From positions 8,031 through 72,030 of the IMG/VR virus record IMGVR_UViG_3300040809_000188: a stretch of DNA of 64,000 bases, one strand, 5' to 3'. The notes under the pieces were generated by a model that did not search any database, was not told the DNA's origin, and worked only from the letters and a program-made list of their open reading frames with translations. Of the stretch, positions 45,909-55,244 are shown one piece after another. Position 1 is the stretch's first letter, and the number at the start of each line of letters is the position of its first letter. This DNA comes from a virus. Position numbers and translations under genes: made by a program.

Positions 45909-46775
45909 ATGATACTCTTGGACTTGAATCAGGTGATGATTTCAAACCTGATGATGCAGATTGGAAACAATCGTAATAATGAAATCGATGAAGACCTTGT
46001 ACGACACATGGTGCTAAACAGCATCAGATTGTACAAAGGCAAGTTTGGTAAGAAGTTTGGTGAACTCGTCATCTGTTGTGACGACAAGAACTACTGGCGC
46101 AAACAAATATTTCCCTATTATAAAGCACACAGAAAAAGTGACAGAGAGAAGTCACCATTAGATTGGAACAAAATCTTTACAGTTCTGAACACCATTCGTG
46201 ATGAACTGAAAGAGTCTTTTCCATGGCGTGTACTACAAGTAGAAACCGCAGAGGCCGATGATATCATTGGTACTCTGTGTCATCGTTTTGGTAAAATACT
46301 CAAGGCAGATGATGATGAACCTATTTTAATTTTGTCTGGTGACAAAGACTTTGGACAGTTACAGAAATACTCAAATGTCGAACAGTTCTCACCGATAACA
46401 AAGAAGTGGATTCGGATTAACAATCCAGAAGCATTCTTGCGTGAACATATTATGAAAGGTGATAGAGGAGATGGTATTCCTAACTTTCTGTCTGGTGACA
46501 ACTGTATTGTCGTTGGTCAGCGTCAGAAGCCACTTATGTCGAAGAAACTCGACACTTGGATTAGTCTTGATCCAGTAGACTTTTGTAATGAAGTTATGCT
46601 AAGAAACTACAAGCGTAACGAGGCTCTAGTAAATCTTGATATGATTCCTGATGAGATTCAATCACAGATAAATAATCAGTACGATGAATATCAGATACCT
46701 GATAGAAAAGGTCTACTGAACTATTTTATCAAAAAGCGATTGAAAAACCTTATGGAACATATTGGAGAGTTTTAA
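45909..46775 (+). CDS. rnh: T4 RNase H (5'-3' exonuclease/FEN)
   Basis: ILLDLNQ, YWRK..YYKA.R, EADD, SGDKDF.QL, GDRGDGIPN; promoter TTGACA-17-TATATA at 45849. Confidence 0.95.
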   Translation: MILLDLNQVMISNLMMQIGNNRNNEIDEDLVRHMVLNSIRLYKGKFGKKFGELVICCDDKNYWRKQIFPYYKAHRKSDREKSPLDWNKIFTVLNTIRDELKESFPWRVLQVETAEADDIIGTLCHRFGKILKADDDEPILILSGDKDFGQLQKYSNVEQFSPITKKWIRINNPEAFLREHIMKGDRGDGIPNFLSGDNCIVVGQRQKPLMSKKLDTWISLDPVDFCNEVMLRNYKRNEALVNLDMIPDEIQSQINNQYDEYQIPDRKGLLNYFIKKRLKNLMEHIGEF

Positions 46776-47206
46776 TGAGACAGACCTTCTACGAGATTTT
46801 TACAGAAGTAGAGAAATGTAAAACCAAGAAAGAAAAGATTGCTAAGTTGCGTGAACATAGTGGCGCACCAATGAAGCAAGTTCTTGGTTGGACTTACGAT
46901 CCAAACGTAAAGTGGTTACTACCAGAAGGTGATCCGCCTTACAAGCCTCTTGCAACAGGTATTGAAGCAGAAGGCAGACTTGTATCAGAGTTGAGAAGAT
47001 TATATTTGTTTATCGATGGTTCTACAGATACACAAAAGAATTTAAAACAGGTTCGCAGGGAACAACTATTCATTGAGTTGTTGGAATCTGTTGATCCAGG
47101 CGATGCTAAAGTACTACTTGGTATGAAAGATGGTAAGTTGCCGTTCAAGGGTATTACCAAGAAACTAGTAGCAGAAGCATTTCCTAATCTTGCTAAGAAC
47201 TGGTGA
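46775..47206 (+). CDS. conserved T4-like hypothetical protein
   Basis: LPEGDPPY..RREQLFIELLE..AFP. Confidence 0.75.
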   Translation: MRQTFYEIFTEVEKCKTKKEKIAKLREHSGAPMKQVLGWTYDPNVKWLLPEGDPPYKPLATGIEAEGRLVSELRRLYLFIDGSTDTQKNLKQVRREQLFIELLESVDPGDAKVLLGMKDGKLPFKGITKKLVAEAFPNLAKNW

Positions 47207-47226
47207 AAGGACGATAGGTCGCTACT

Positions 47227-47403
47227 ATGGCTAAAAGTAAAAGGTCTTCCCAAACAGAAGACGAAAGAGATTTCAAGCGGATTAAAGAACAGCGTAAGCC
47301 GATTAAAAACTTTAAGACGCACTTGAACGATCTAGCACAAGCATACTTAGATGATGAAGAGTTTGATGATGAAAACAGCATTTATCATAGGGAACGGCGT
47401 TAG
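47227..47403 (+). CDS. small charged protein
   Basis: 58-aa ORF filling the gap. Confidence 0.5.
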   Translation: MAKSKRSSQTEDERDFKRIKEQRKPIKNFKTHLNDLAQAYLDDEEFDDENSIYHRERR

Positions 47404-47950
47404 TCGAAAACCTATTGACTTAAACACTCTTGTTGGTAAAGGAACCATTTTTGGTTGCAATGCTCTTTACCGTGAGTTCAACAAATACGACTATCTGGTC
47501 TCAATCGATAAATCTTTTCAAACTATCATTGAAGCCAATGATGAAGTGTTTGGTACAGATGATCGAATCATCTTTCCACCAGACAATGAGTGTTGGGAAG
47601 ATGCTGAGTACAGTCCGAATCGAAGACGCAGTAATGCTGGTATGAATGCAATGCTTGAAGCGATTCGCAGAGGCCATGATAAACTGTACTGCTTGGGTTT
47701 TGATTTTTTATTGAAAGACAATGAGTTATCTGAAGATAATCTGTTTAAGAATCAGGCAGGATATGGACCCGAAACTCATGCGAATCACCAAGATAATGTT
47801 CATCGAATCGCATATTTAGAGTGGTTTATGCGTAAACACCACAAAACAAAGTTTACTTTTGTTCTACCAGATAATGAACAATTTCAAACACTTACTGCCC
47901 CAAATGTGACAGGCATATTTATTTCAAAATTTATTGAAAAAAAGTGTTGA
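47369..47950 (+). CDS. Maf/MptE-like (DUF115-type) putative glycosyltransferase
   Basis: AFIIGNGVSR..GCNALYRE..D..NAG..LGFD. Confidence 0.55.
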   Translation: MKTAFIIGNGVSRKPIDLNTLVGKGTIFGCNALYREFNKYDYLVSIDKSFQTIIEANDEVFGTDDRIIFPPDNECWEDAEYSPNRRRSNAGMNAMLEAIRRGHDKLYCLGFDFLLKDNELSEDNLFKNQAGYGPETHANHQDNVHRIAYLEWFMRKHHKTKFTFVLPDNEQFQTLTAPNVTGIFISKFIEKKC

Positions 47951-48016
47951 CATATATCTCTCCAGTTGCTATAAAGTATATGTAAGTTAGTTAGTGATTC
48001 GCAAAGAGAGAGAGAC
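47947..48016 (+). promoter_or_regulatory. early promoter with TGATTCG leader
   Basis: TTGACA-17-TATAAA; TGTAAGTTAGTTAG-TGATTCGC-AAAGAGAGAGAGAC-ATG. Confidence 0.82.
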
Positions 48017-48271
48017 ATGACAAAAGAAACGATTTTCCTTGACGCTCAAAACGGTGCTGTTGCTGTCTACAAAGGTGTAGCAAATCTTGTCGGTCTTGCT
48101 AAGAACGGTAAGACACTCAAGTACATCTTTGACACTTACAACATTGACTACATGAATGACACTGTGTTCTTTCAGAGTAGCATGGACTTTGCTGATGAAA
48201 ACGGCTTTGCTACCGCTGACGGTGCTGTACAGATTGTCAATGAAATGATCAACGAACTGGAGACTGTATAA
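48017..48271 (+). CDS. early hypothetical protein
   Basis: FQSSMDFADENGF. Confidence 0.7.
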   Translation: MTKETIFLDAQNGAVAVYKGVANLVGLAKNGKTLKYIFDTYNIDYMNDTVFFQSSMDFADENGFATADGAVQIVNEMINELETV

Positions 48272-48744
48272 TGACTGCATTTGCTGTGAAAACTTCTGTT
48301 CTCGAAAACTATGCGGCTCATGATGATGATTGGGATGGTGTGACTACTCGCTGGAAAGCAAAGCCTGGCTCTACTTACATTGTTGAGACTGCTTGTATGC
48401 CAGATGTTCGTGAGGTTATGTCTCTCATCTGTGAAGAGAACAATGCTCTGATTGAGCGTATTGAGTCGATTGATATGGTAGAAGATTCTAATCATGAATC
48501 TGAGTTTGTCAAATCACAGAAAGAGTATGATCCTGATGGCTGGGATACTCTCTATCTTGATCCTGTCATTCGCCGTGGTAAGAATGCTCATTGGTTCATG
48601 AAGCGTGGTTACATTGCTGGAACTCGCTTGAAGCATGAAGAAAAATATGCTCATCTCGCAGGCAAGTTCGTAGGTTGGGTTGACAATCTGAATACTGGCA
48701 AGTGTGTCGTCAAGATTGAGGGCGACACTAGGGAGACATTATAA
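48271..48744 (+). CDS. early hypothetical protein
   Basis: ENYAAHD..WKAKPGSTY. Confidence 0.7.
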   Translation: MTAFAVKTSVLENYAAHDDDWDGVTTRWKAKPGSTYIVETACMPDVREVMSLICEENNALIERIESIDMVEDSNHESEFVKSQKEYDPDGWDTLYLDPVIRRGKNAHWFMKRGYIAGTRLKHEEKYAHLAGKFVGWVDNLNTGKCVVKIEGDTRETL

Positions 48745-48914
48745 TGAATGGTGATATTGGTTTAGCATGGGAGTTGTTACAGCCCTTGATAATCATGAGT
48801 GTAACAATCGGTGTGGTGCTTGCAGTTCTGTTTGGTTTTATCAGAATTGGTTTCAAGTTAGCACCATGGATTGTGGTAGCGGCACTAGCAGTTTGGTTTT
48901 TTGGAGGCGTCTAA
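48744..48914 (+). CDS. small two-TM protein (absent from ORF track)
   Basis: SD GGGAG; 56 aa, TAATG coupling at both ends. Confidence 0.65.
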   Translation: MNGDIGLAWELLQPLIIMSVTIGVVLAVLFGFIRIGFKLAPWIVVAALAVWFFGGV

Positions 48915-49093
48915 TGGGATACAAAGCAAAAGTTTCTTGGGATGAGTTGAAAACAGAAGGCGTTCTGAAAGGACTCTATGTTCCCAAATCAATCAAGTGT
49001 GTCTCTTTGAAAGAGGCTTTTACACTTGCTTCAGAGTTGAAGAAAGAAAACGCACAGAGCATTAAGATTGAGAGGTACAAAAATGCTGTTTAA
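48914..49093 (+). CDS. hypothetical protein
   Basis: SD GGAGG, TAATG coupling. Confidence 0.6.
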   Translation: MGYKAKVSWDELKTEGVLKGLYVPKSIKCVSLKEAFTLASELKKENAQSIKIERYKNAV

Positions 49094-49373
49094 ATCATAT
49101 ATCGATTTCGATCCAGTTTGCGATTATCAAGGCTTCACCCTTGGTCGTTTTAGTCATGATGATTCTGATGGATTTGAAAAGTATGATTACGATGTCTATC
49201 AGATTGCAGAGCATATCACCTATGATGATGGTCCTGAGATAGAGACATACTTTCATATCAAATCGTTGGATATCAGTCCATACGAAAAATCTGTTGAAAC
49301 GATTAAAAAAGTCTTTAAAGAGTATATCGATGATTTTCTTAAACTAAATCACGGATTGGAAAAATCTCTATGA
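49083..49373 (+). CDS. hypothetical protein
   Basis: SD GAGGT. Confidence 0.6.
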   Translation: MLFKSYIDFDPVCDYQGFTLGRFSHDDSDGFEKYDYDVYQIAEHITYDDGPEIETYFHIKSLDISPYEKSVETIKKVFKEYIDDFLKLNHGLEKSL

Positions 49374-49543
49374 TAGAAATAGGACTTCTTTTGTTTATAG
49401 CATTGTGTTCATACGCATCCTATAAGCATGGTTTCAATGATGGTGTCCTCACTGGAGTTGATGGCACCATAAAGCATTTTGCAAGACACGGTCTTTTTTT
49501 GAATGATGAAATGAAAAAAGCCCTTGACAAACTAGAGGAATAG
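49370..49543 (+). CDS. small protein with N-terminal TM
   Basis: ATGA overlap; 57 aa. Confidence 0.5.
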   Translation: MIEIGLLLFIALCSYASYKHGFNDGVLTGVDGTIKHFARHGLFLNDEMKKALDKLEE

Positions 49544-49580
49544 TGCTACTAATAGAAGTAAAAAGAAGGAGTAATTCGTT

Positions 49581-49760
49581 ATGGGAAAAGTAAGTGATCT
49601 AATGATCGAAGCGCAAGAGTTTGTTCTAGGATATATGGATAATGAAGGTGCTTTGTTTATAACAGAGCCTGAACTATATACTCTAGCACATCAGTATCAT
49701 GGAATCTTCTTTGCTGATTGTGTAAAGCAAGCATATAAGGATATGATGGAAGGTTGGTAA
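49581..49760 (+). CDS. small hypothetical protein
   Basis: SD AAGGAG; promoter TTGACA-17-TACTAA at 49524. Confidence 0.6.
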   Translation: MGKVSDLMIEAQEFVLGYMDNEGALFITEPELYTLAHQYHGIFFADCVKQAYKDMMEGW

Positions 49761-49761
49761 T

Positions 49762-49956
49762 ATGGAAGGTGTTGGTGAAGGGCCCTTTAAACAGGGTTTA
49801 CAATCTGACAAGACTGGTATTCAACGAGAGACTTATTCTCGTATCATTGAACGTGATGGCATGATGTTTGAAGAACGCTGGACACGACAGTGGTTTGGTG
49901 ATGGAAACTATGTTGATCATTTCACTTCAATGCCTATTAGTAGGACTTGTTGGTAA
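49762..49956 (+). CDS. hypothetical protein
   Basis: Tiled ORF. Confidence 0.6.
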   Translation: MEGVGEGPFKQGLQSDKTGIQRETYSRIIERDGMMFEERWTRQWFGDGNYVDHFTSMPISRTCW

Positions 49957-50507
49957 TGAATATTTTCTATCTACATGAAGAAGCAAAGACTTGTGCAATG
50001 ATGCACAATGATAAGCACTGCGTAAAGATGATTGTTGAGTATGCTCAACTACTGTCAACAGCACATCGTGTTCTTGATGGTGAAGAGTACTATGACAAGA
50101 CTGCAAACGGTAGACGTATCAAACGCTGGCGTATGAGCAATGCTATCATGGAAAAGGGTTTGATGAAAGCCTCTCATGTCAATCACCCATCAAACCAGTG
50201 GTTGCGTAAATCAAAAGCAAACTATGAATGGTTGTTTGAGATGTGGTGTCATCTACTTGATGAGTATTCTCATCGGTATGGTAAGATTCACAAATGTATT
50301 GAGCGGTATGAGTATCTCAAAAATCCACCAAAGAATATTCCAGTGAAGTCTTTTGAGTTCTCTTACGAAGACTTAGCAATGTATGACGATGTGAAGTCAA
50401 ATGATCCTGTAAAAGCGTATCGTGATTATTACAATAAATACAAAACACATTTTGCGGTGTGGACAAAGCGTCACATTCCAGAATGGTGGAATCCTGTTTC
50501 CGTATAA
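49956..50507 (+). CDS. pyrimidine-dimer DNA glycosylase-like protein
   Basis: MNIFYL..HNDKHCVKMI.EYAQLLSTAH..NHPS..YRDYY. Confidence 0.75.
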   Translation: MNIFYLHEEAKTCAMMHNDKHCVKMIVEYAQLLSTAHRVLDGEEYYDKTANGRRIKRWRMSNAIMEKGLMKASHVNHPSNQWLRKSKANYEWLFEMWCHLLDEYSHRYGKIHKCIERYEYLKNPPKNIPVKSFEFSYEDLAMYDDVKSNDPVKAYRDYYNKYKTHFAVWTKRHIPEWWNPVSV

Positions 50508-50533
50508 ATACTCGTGAACAGTCAGGAGATATT

Positions 50534-50842
50534 ATGCCTACTTATGATTTTATGAATCGTGATACTGGTGAGCAATTCACCGAAATAATGAGTAATAGTG
50601 AACGAGTGAAGTTTCTGACTGAGAACCCTCACATTCAACAACTTATTACCCAAATGAACATGATTTCTGGTATACCTAAAAATGACGATGGATGGAAAGA
50701 AAATCTATCTCGTATAGCAGAAGCACATCCAACTTCAACTCTAGCAGAACGACACGGTAAACGCTCCTCTAAAGAAGCGAAGATATCTGGTATTCTGGAG
50801 AAGCATGGTGTGAGAAAGGGTAAATATTCAATGGACCTATAA
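50534..50842 (+). CDS. FmdB-like late protein
   Basis: Late promoter at 50503; MPTYDF. Confidence 0.6.
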   Translation: MPTYDFMNRDTGEQFTEIMSNSERVKFLTENPHIQQLITQMNMISGIPKNDDGWKENLSRIAEAHPTSTLAERHGKRSSKEAKISGILEKHGVRKGKYSMDL

Positions 50843-50852
50843 AGGAGCGCCC

Positions 50853-51602
50853 ATGCCTGACAGTCTCTCACTCGACTACGAAGATAACATTTATCCCATT
50901 TCAAAAAGACAGAGAAGACGACTACAAAGAAAGAAACAGCAAAACGGTTTACGATTACAAGATATCGAACCTATTACTGATACACAAGAAAAGGTATTTG
51001 ACTCATATCTAAGCGGTCAAAACATCATGTGTCACGGTGTTGCTGGTACAGGCAAAACATTCATATCATCCTATCTAGCGATTAGAGACATCATAGATAA
51101 GTATGATGATAAAGAAACACTACAGATTGTTCGTAGTGTTGTTCCTACAAGAGACATGGGATTTCTGCCCGGCTCTCAAAAAGAAAAAACAAAGGTTTAT
51201 GAAGCACCTTACTATGCAATATTCAGTGAACTGTTTGGTAGAGGTGATGCATACGAAGTACTGAAAGCAAGAGGTCAAGTCCAGTTTACAACAACTTCTT
51301 TTGTAAGAGGCTTGACATTTAACGACAGTATTGTTATAGTAGATGAATGTCAGAACATGACATATCATGAGTTAGATTCAGTTATTACCAGACTGGGTGA
51401 TAACTGTCGTGTTATATTTTGTGGAGATTTTAGACAGTCAGATTTCAAATGGGCTGATGAGCGCAAGGGAATCATGGACTTCATGAAGATTATAAATAGC
51501 ATGAAATCATTCGACTTTGTGGAGTTCCACAAGGAAGATATTGTTCGTAGTGAACTGGTTAAAGAGTACATAATAAATAAATTAGAGTTAGGACTACTTT
51601 GA
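50853..51602 (+). CDS. phoH: PhoH-family ATPase
   Basis: GVAGTGKT, GFLPG, RGLTF, VDECQN, GDFRQSD. Confidence 0.95.
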   Translation: MPDSLSLDYEDNIYPISKRQRRRLQRKKQQNGLRLQDIEPITDTQEKVFDSYLSGQNIMCHGVAGTGKTFISSYLAIRDIIDKYDDKETLQIVRSVVPTRDMGFLPGSQKEKTKVYEAPYYAIFSELFGRGDAYEVLKARGQVQFTTTSFVRGLTFNDSIVIVDECQNMTYHELDSVITRLGDNCRVIFCGDFRQSDFKWADERKGIMDFMKIINSMKSFDFVEFHKEDIVRSELVKEYIINKLELGLL

Positions 51603-51617
51603 AATGGAGAATAGATA

Positions 51618-52262
51618 ATGAGTTTTGGACCGCATATTGATCATTATATTGGGGTTTATGACAACGTATTTTCTGAACAGGAATGTAAATCGATAATTGA
51701 AAAGTTTGAGCATATTAATGGTGTTAGTGGTTATATAAACAATCCACAACATGATTATGCTAAACAAAGTGGTGACACTCAGTTTAATGAGGGTAAACTA
51801 GGTAGAAGTGATACTTCTCTATTTTTTGAAGAAGTGTCACAACAATATTCAAAGTGGATTCACGAGGGAATCGTGAAGTGTGTTGATGAATACAAGAAGA
51901 CTTACTTGGGTCTAGATGGATTACCTCTTGTATCAACAACATGTAAAATTCAAAGAACTGGATATGCTGGTGGTTATCATGTATGGCACTCTGAACATGG
52001 TGGCGATGAAACCTCTATGAGAAGAGTTCTAGTTTGGATGCTGTACTTAACAACACATGAAGAGAGTGGTGAAACTGAGTTTCTTCAACAGGGTATTAGA
52101 ATTAAACCTCAGGCTGGAAGAGTTGTAATCTGGCCAGCATCGTTTACTCATCCTCATCGTGGAAATCCAGTGTATGATCACCATAAATATATTGCTACTG
52201 GTTGGTTTAATCATTACTACAATATAAATAGAGTTGATGCACAAACCCCAACAAGTCCATAA
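51618..52262 (+). CDS. 2OG-Fe(II) oxygenase (prolyl 4-hydroxylase-like)
   Basis: GGYHVWHSE..WMLYL..GETEF..WPASFTHPHRG..KYIATGW. Confidence 0.85.
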   Translation: MSFGPHIDHYIGVYDNVFSEQECKSIIEKFEHINGVSGYINNPQHDYAKQSGDTQFNEGKLGRSDTSLFFEEVSQQYSKWIHEGIVKCVDEYKKTYLGLDGLPLVSTTCKIQRTGYAGGYHVWHSEHGGDETSMRRVLVWMLYLTTHEESGETEFLQQGIRIKPQAGRVVIWPASFTHPHRGNPVYDHHKYIATGWFNHYYNINRVDAQTPTSP

Positions 52263-52296
52263 CTGTGGATTCGGGGAGATAGCCAAGGAGTAATTA

Positions 52297-52716
52297 ATGG
52301 CACAATATGCAGTTTTAGATGACAACAACAAAGTCATAAACATCGTGGAGTCGGATGCTGACAATGCGGAAGAGTCTTGGATTCTTTTGGACTATTCTGA
52401 ACAAGAAGCCATAAGAGATGCGGCTACGACTCTTGAAGAAGCGGCTAATGCACATTTTGAAGTTGCAACTATTGGGTCTACATACAATCCTGATGATGAA
52501 ACGTGGTCAGCACCAGTTGCTACCGCTGATGAAAATAAACTACAAGCGCAAATATCATTAGTTAGTACTGATTGGACACAACTTCCTGATTGCGGATTGA
52601 CTGATGCATGTGTCGCTTTGTTTGCAACATATAGAGCATCTCTAAGAACGATCAGACAAAGTGACGTTGATGAAAACGTAACTTGGCCGGAAAAACCAGC
52701 AGAGGAGTGGGCATAA
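52297..52716 (+). CDS. tail fibre assembly chaperone-like protein
   Basis: Late promoter at 52223; TDWTQLPD..YRASLR..WPEKP. Confidence 0.75.
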   Translation: MAQYAVLDDNNKVINIVESDADNAEESWILLDYSEQEAIRDAATTLEEAANAHFEVATIGSTYNPDDETWSAPVATADENKLQAQISLVSTDWTQLPDCGLTDACVALFATYRASLRTIRQSDVDENVTWPEKPAEEWA

Positions 52717-52717
52717 A

Positions 52718-53356
52718 ATGGCTTACATTATAGGAAACACAACTGTTATTACAAATAATGCGGCACTAGGTTCTGTCAGTGGTAACAGTCTTAATCTTGC
52801 GAACAATAACAACATTCCAGCAGGCGGTGCTACAATCAATCGCTTTACAAGTACAACCAACACATCAGTCGCAGGCTCAACAAATGGTTTTGTTATAGCA
52901 CAAGCCGGCGGCGGCGGTGGCGGCTGGAATCAAAACTCGTATGGTGAGGGACCCGGCGGAAGTGGCTGGGGAGCGGCTGGTGCTGGTGGTATTGCTGTTG
53001 GTGATGTTTCTGGTGGGGGTAACGCTACTTTCACAGTCGGTGCTGGCGGACAGAGAGCAAACTCTCGAAATGCTAGAGGCCAGTCTGGTGGAGCATCAAA
53101 CTTCTCATACAACTTCAACATGCAATGTAATGGTGGAGGTGGTGGAGCGGCGGGTCAGAACGTCTATGGACCTGGTAGTCCACCATCTGGCGCTGGTTTT
53201 GGTGGTACAAGAATGGAAACAACTAGTGGAAATTCTGGCCAAGCAAATGCTCAGAACTCAAACATTTTTGATGGTTTTGGGAGAGGTGGTCGAGATGGTG
53301 GTATCCAAACGCAACCTCAGGCCGGTCAAGCAGGCATTATGTTTATGGTAGGATAA
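52718..53356 (+). CDS. glycine-rich fibre/virion protein
   Basis: AGGGGGG, TVGAGG, GGGGG motifs; follows the chaperone. Confidence 0.7.
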   Translation: MAYIIGNTTVITNNAALGSVSGNSLNLANNNNIPAGGATINRFTSTTNTSVAGSTNGFVIAQAGGGGGGWNQNSYGEGPGGSGWGAAGAGGIAVGDVSGGGNATFTVGAGGQRANSRNARGQSGGASNFSYNFNMQCNGGGGGAAGQNVYGPGSPPSGAGFGGTRMETTSGNSGQANAQNSNIFDGFGRGGRDGGIQTQPQAGQAGIMFMVG

Positions 53357-53892
53357 TGTTCAAAAATTTGATAAAGGCTCCTAGAGTCATAAAGTATGAT
53401 GATAGAGATGGTGAAAGAACTGGTTATAATAAAAACTTTGGAATGTTTCAAGAAGAAATTATTCCAAGAGTTTTGCCTACCTTTCGCTGGTTAAGAGGTA
53501 TTATTGATATCCATAACACCGCAGGTCTTTTTGATAATGCAGAAGATGATCCATATAGAAATGGCGTTGACTACCATGCAACATGGGAAGACGCCTTTCT
53601 CTTCCAAGGATATGAGAACGGAGAAAAATCATTTCTGACAGCACTCGTTTGTCAGAACATCGATGCTCATGGCTTCATCACCACAACAACAAATCATTGG
53701 CCTGAAAAGAAGAATCCAAAACTAGGAAAGAATGAAGTAATCGTTAGATTGCAGTTCAAAGGACAAGAATGCATTCCAAGTCTTGACATTCAGGGAAATC
53801 CTGTTATAATAGGTAAAACTCATCCTAGACTGTATTTACCTAGAGAAGTGCAAAAACTGTTAGATAATGTCTTTGGATATGATTTAGATTGA
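53356..53892 (+). CDS. hypothetical protein, weakly carbamoyltransferase C-terminal-like
   Basis: PSLDIQGNPVI loosely resembles TSFN..GEPIV. Confidence 0.4.
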   Translation: MFKNLIKAPRVIKYDDRDGERTGYNKNFGMFQEEIIPRVLPTFRWLRGIIDIHNTAGLFDNAEDDPYRNGVDYHATWEDAFLFQGYENGEKSFLTALVCQNIDAHGFITTTTNHWPEKKNPKLGKNEVIVRLQFKGQECIPSLDIQGNPVIIGKTHPRLYLPREVQKLLDNVFGYDLD

Positions 53893-53910
53893 TAACAAAG
53901 CAGATATATT

Positions 53911-54657
53911 ATGAAAATTCTTTTGACTACGCCGAACGAGATAATGAAGGAACGTCTTCATGAGTTCTTTGATCCAGCCTTAAAAAATCTTCCAGATTGG
54001 TACAAAAATCTTTCAGACAAGAAGTTATCAACAGTAAACAAATGTCCAGCATTCATATGGACGTTTAAGACTAGTTATTTGATCAGAACACCATGTGATA
54101 TTATGATTAAAAAAACTGGTGATCAGATTTTATTTGAACCTTTAAATCGTGCTGTAATGAAAATAGATTTTCATGATATTGAATATCAAATGAGTAAGGA
54201 ACAATATGGTGATTACTTTGCAGTAAAAGTTGAATATAGAATGTCTATTAAAACTTCAGAACCAGTTAAGGCGTTATTCTTATCACCATTTCAGATGTAT
54301 CCAGAGAACAATAAACTTTTTACATCTGCTTCTGGTGTTATACCTTATGTTCACAAAAATACACCACTAAACATATTTCTATTCTTTCATAAGCAAACTA
54401 TTATTGATCTTCTTCAAAAGTATGATAATGAGTTTGTTATATACAAAGGTACACCAATAGCACTGTTGTACTTTCCAACCGAAACTTTACCAAAAATAGA
54501 AGTGAAGATCGGAGATCACGGTGAAAATATGCTTCATGAAGAGCATCTTACATTAAAGGAGCCTAGCATAAAACATTTATCTAGATACTTTGATAAATGG
54601 AAAGAAAGAAATGTATTAGGAAAACTGATTTGGAGATATTTACTATGGCGCAGATAA
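53911..54657 (+). CDS. hypothetical protein of oxygenase-associated type
   Basis: PDWYK..KCPAF..TPCD..KGTPIA; promoter TTGACA-16-TATAAT at 53783. Confidence 0.6.
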   Translation: MKILLTTPNEIMKERLHEFFDPALKNLPDWYKNLSDKKLSTVNKCPAFIWTFKTSYLIRTPCDIMIKKTGDQILFEPLNRAVMKIDFHDIEYQMSKEQYGDYFAVKVEYRMSIKTSEPVKALFLSPFQMYPENNKLFTSASGVIPYVHKNTPLNIFLFFHKQTIIDLLQKYDNEFVIYKGTPIALLYFPTETLPKIEVKIGDHGENMLHEEHLTLKEPSIKHLSRYFDKWKERNVLGKLIWRYLLWRR

Positions 54658-55244
54658 ATGCACTTTTTCCTACACCACTGTATACAGAACAACTTGAAGT
54701 TAGACAAGATGAGGTAGATTTCATCGATGGACTTGAGTACAATGATGATGGTAGAATTACTAAGAACGCCTACATTTTGAATCTACCTGAACTAAAGACA
54801 TTGAGAGATGAGATAGATTCACACGTTAAAAACTTCTTTTTTGAGATATATAAACCAAGGACTGAAGTAGATATTTACATAACACAGTCTTGGGGATCAA
54901 AGTGTAAGGTTGGTTCTGGACATCACACACATTCTCATTCAAATAGTATCTTTAGTGGAGTGTATTATCCATGCGCTGATGCTGAAGTAGATGAGATTGG
55001 ATTTGCTAGAAATCGGCATGTACCATGGAAAGTATATAGTGATGAGTATACTATTTGGAATAGTGAAACATGGTCATTTCCTGTTGGTACAGGAACACTG
55101 ATTATCTTTCCTAGTCATCTTTATCACTACGTTAATCATGTTAGTCCAAGTGTAAACAGAGATGTTAGAATGAGTCTAGCATTCAATACCTTCCTAAAGG
55201 GTAGAATTGGTGATTATGAAGGACTAGTAGAGTTGGATTTGTGA
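54645..55244 (+). CDS. 2OG-Fe(II) oxygenase (TIGR02466-like)
   Basis: LFPTP..QSW..HSHSNS..SGVYY..IFPSHLYHYV..RMSLAFN. Confidence 0.85.
   Translation: MAQINALFPTPLYTEQLEVRQDEVDFIDGLEYNDDGRITKNAYILNLPELKTLRDEIDSHVKNFFFEIYKPRTEVDIYITQSWGSKCKVGSGHHTHSHSNSIFSGVYYPCADAEVDEIGFARNRHVPWKVYSDEYTIWNSETWSFPVGTGTLIIFPSHLYHYVNHVSPSVNRDVRMSLAFNTFLKGRIGDYEGLVELDL

Noticed and set aside
48767-48913. Cys-rich N-terminal part of track ORF 48767-49093
   Set aside because: Shadow of the real membrane-protein ORF 48744-48914; the downstream gene starts at 48914
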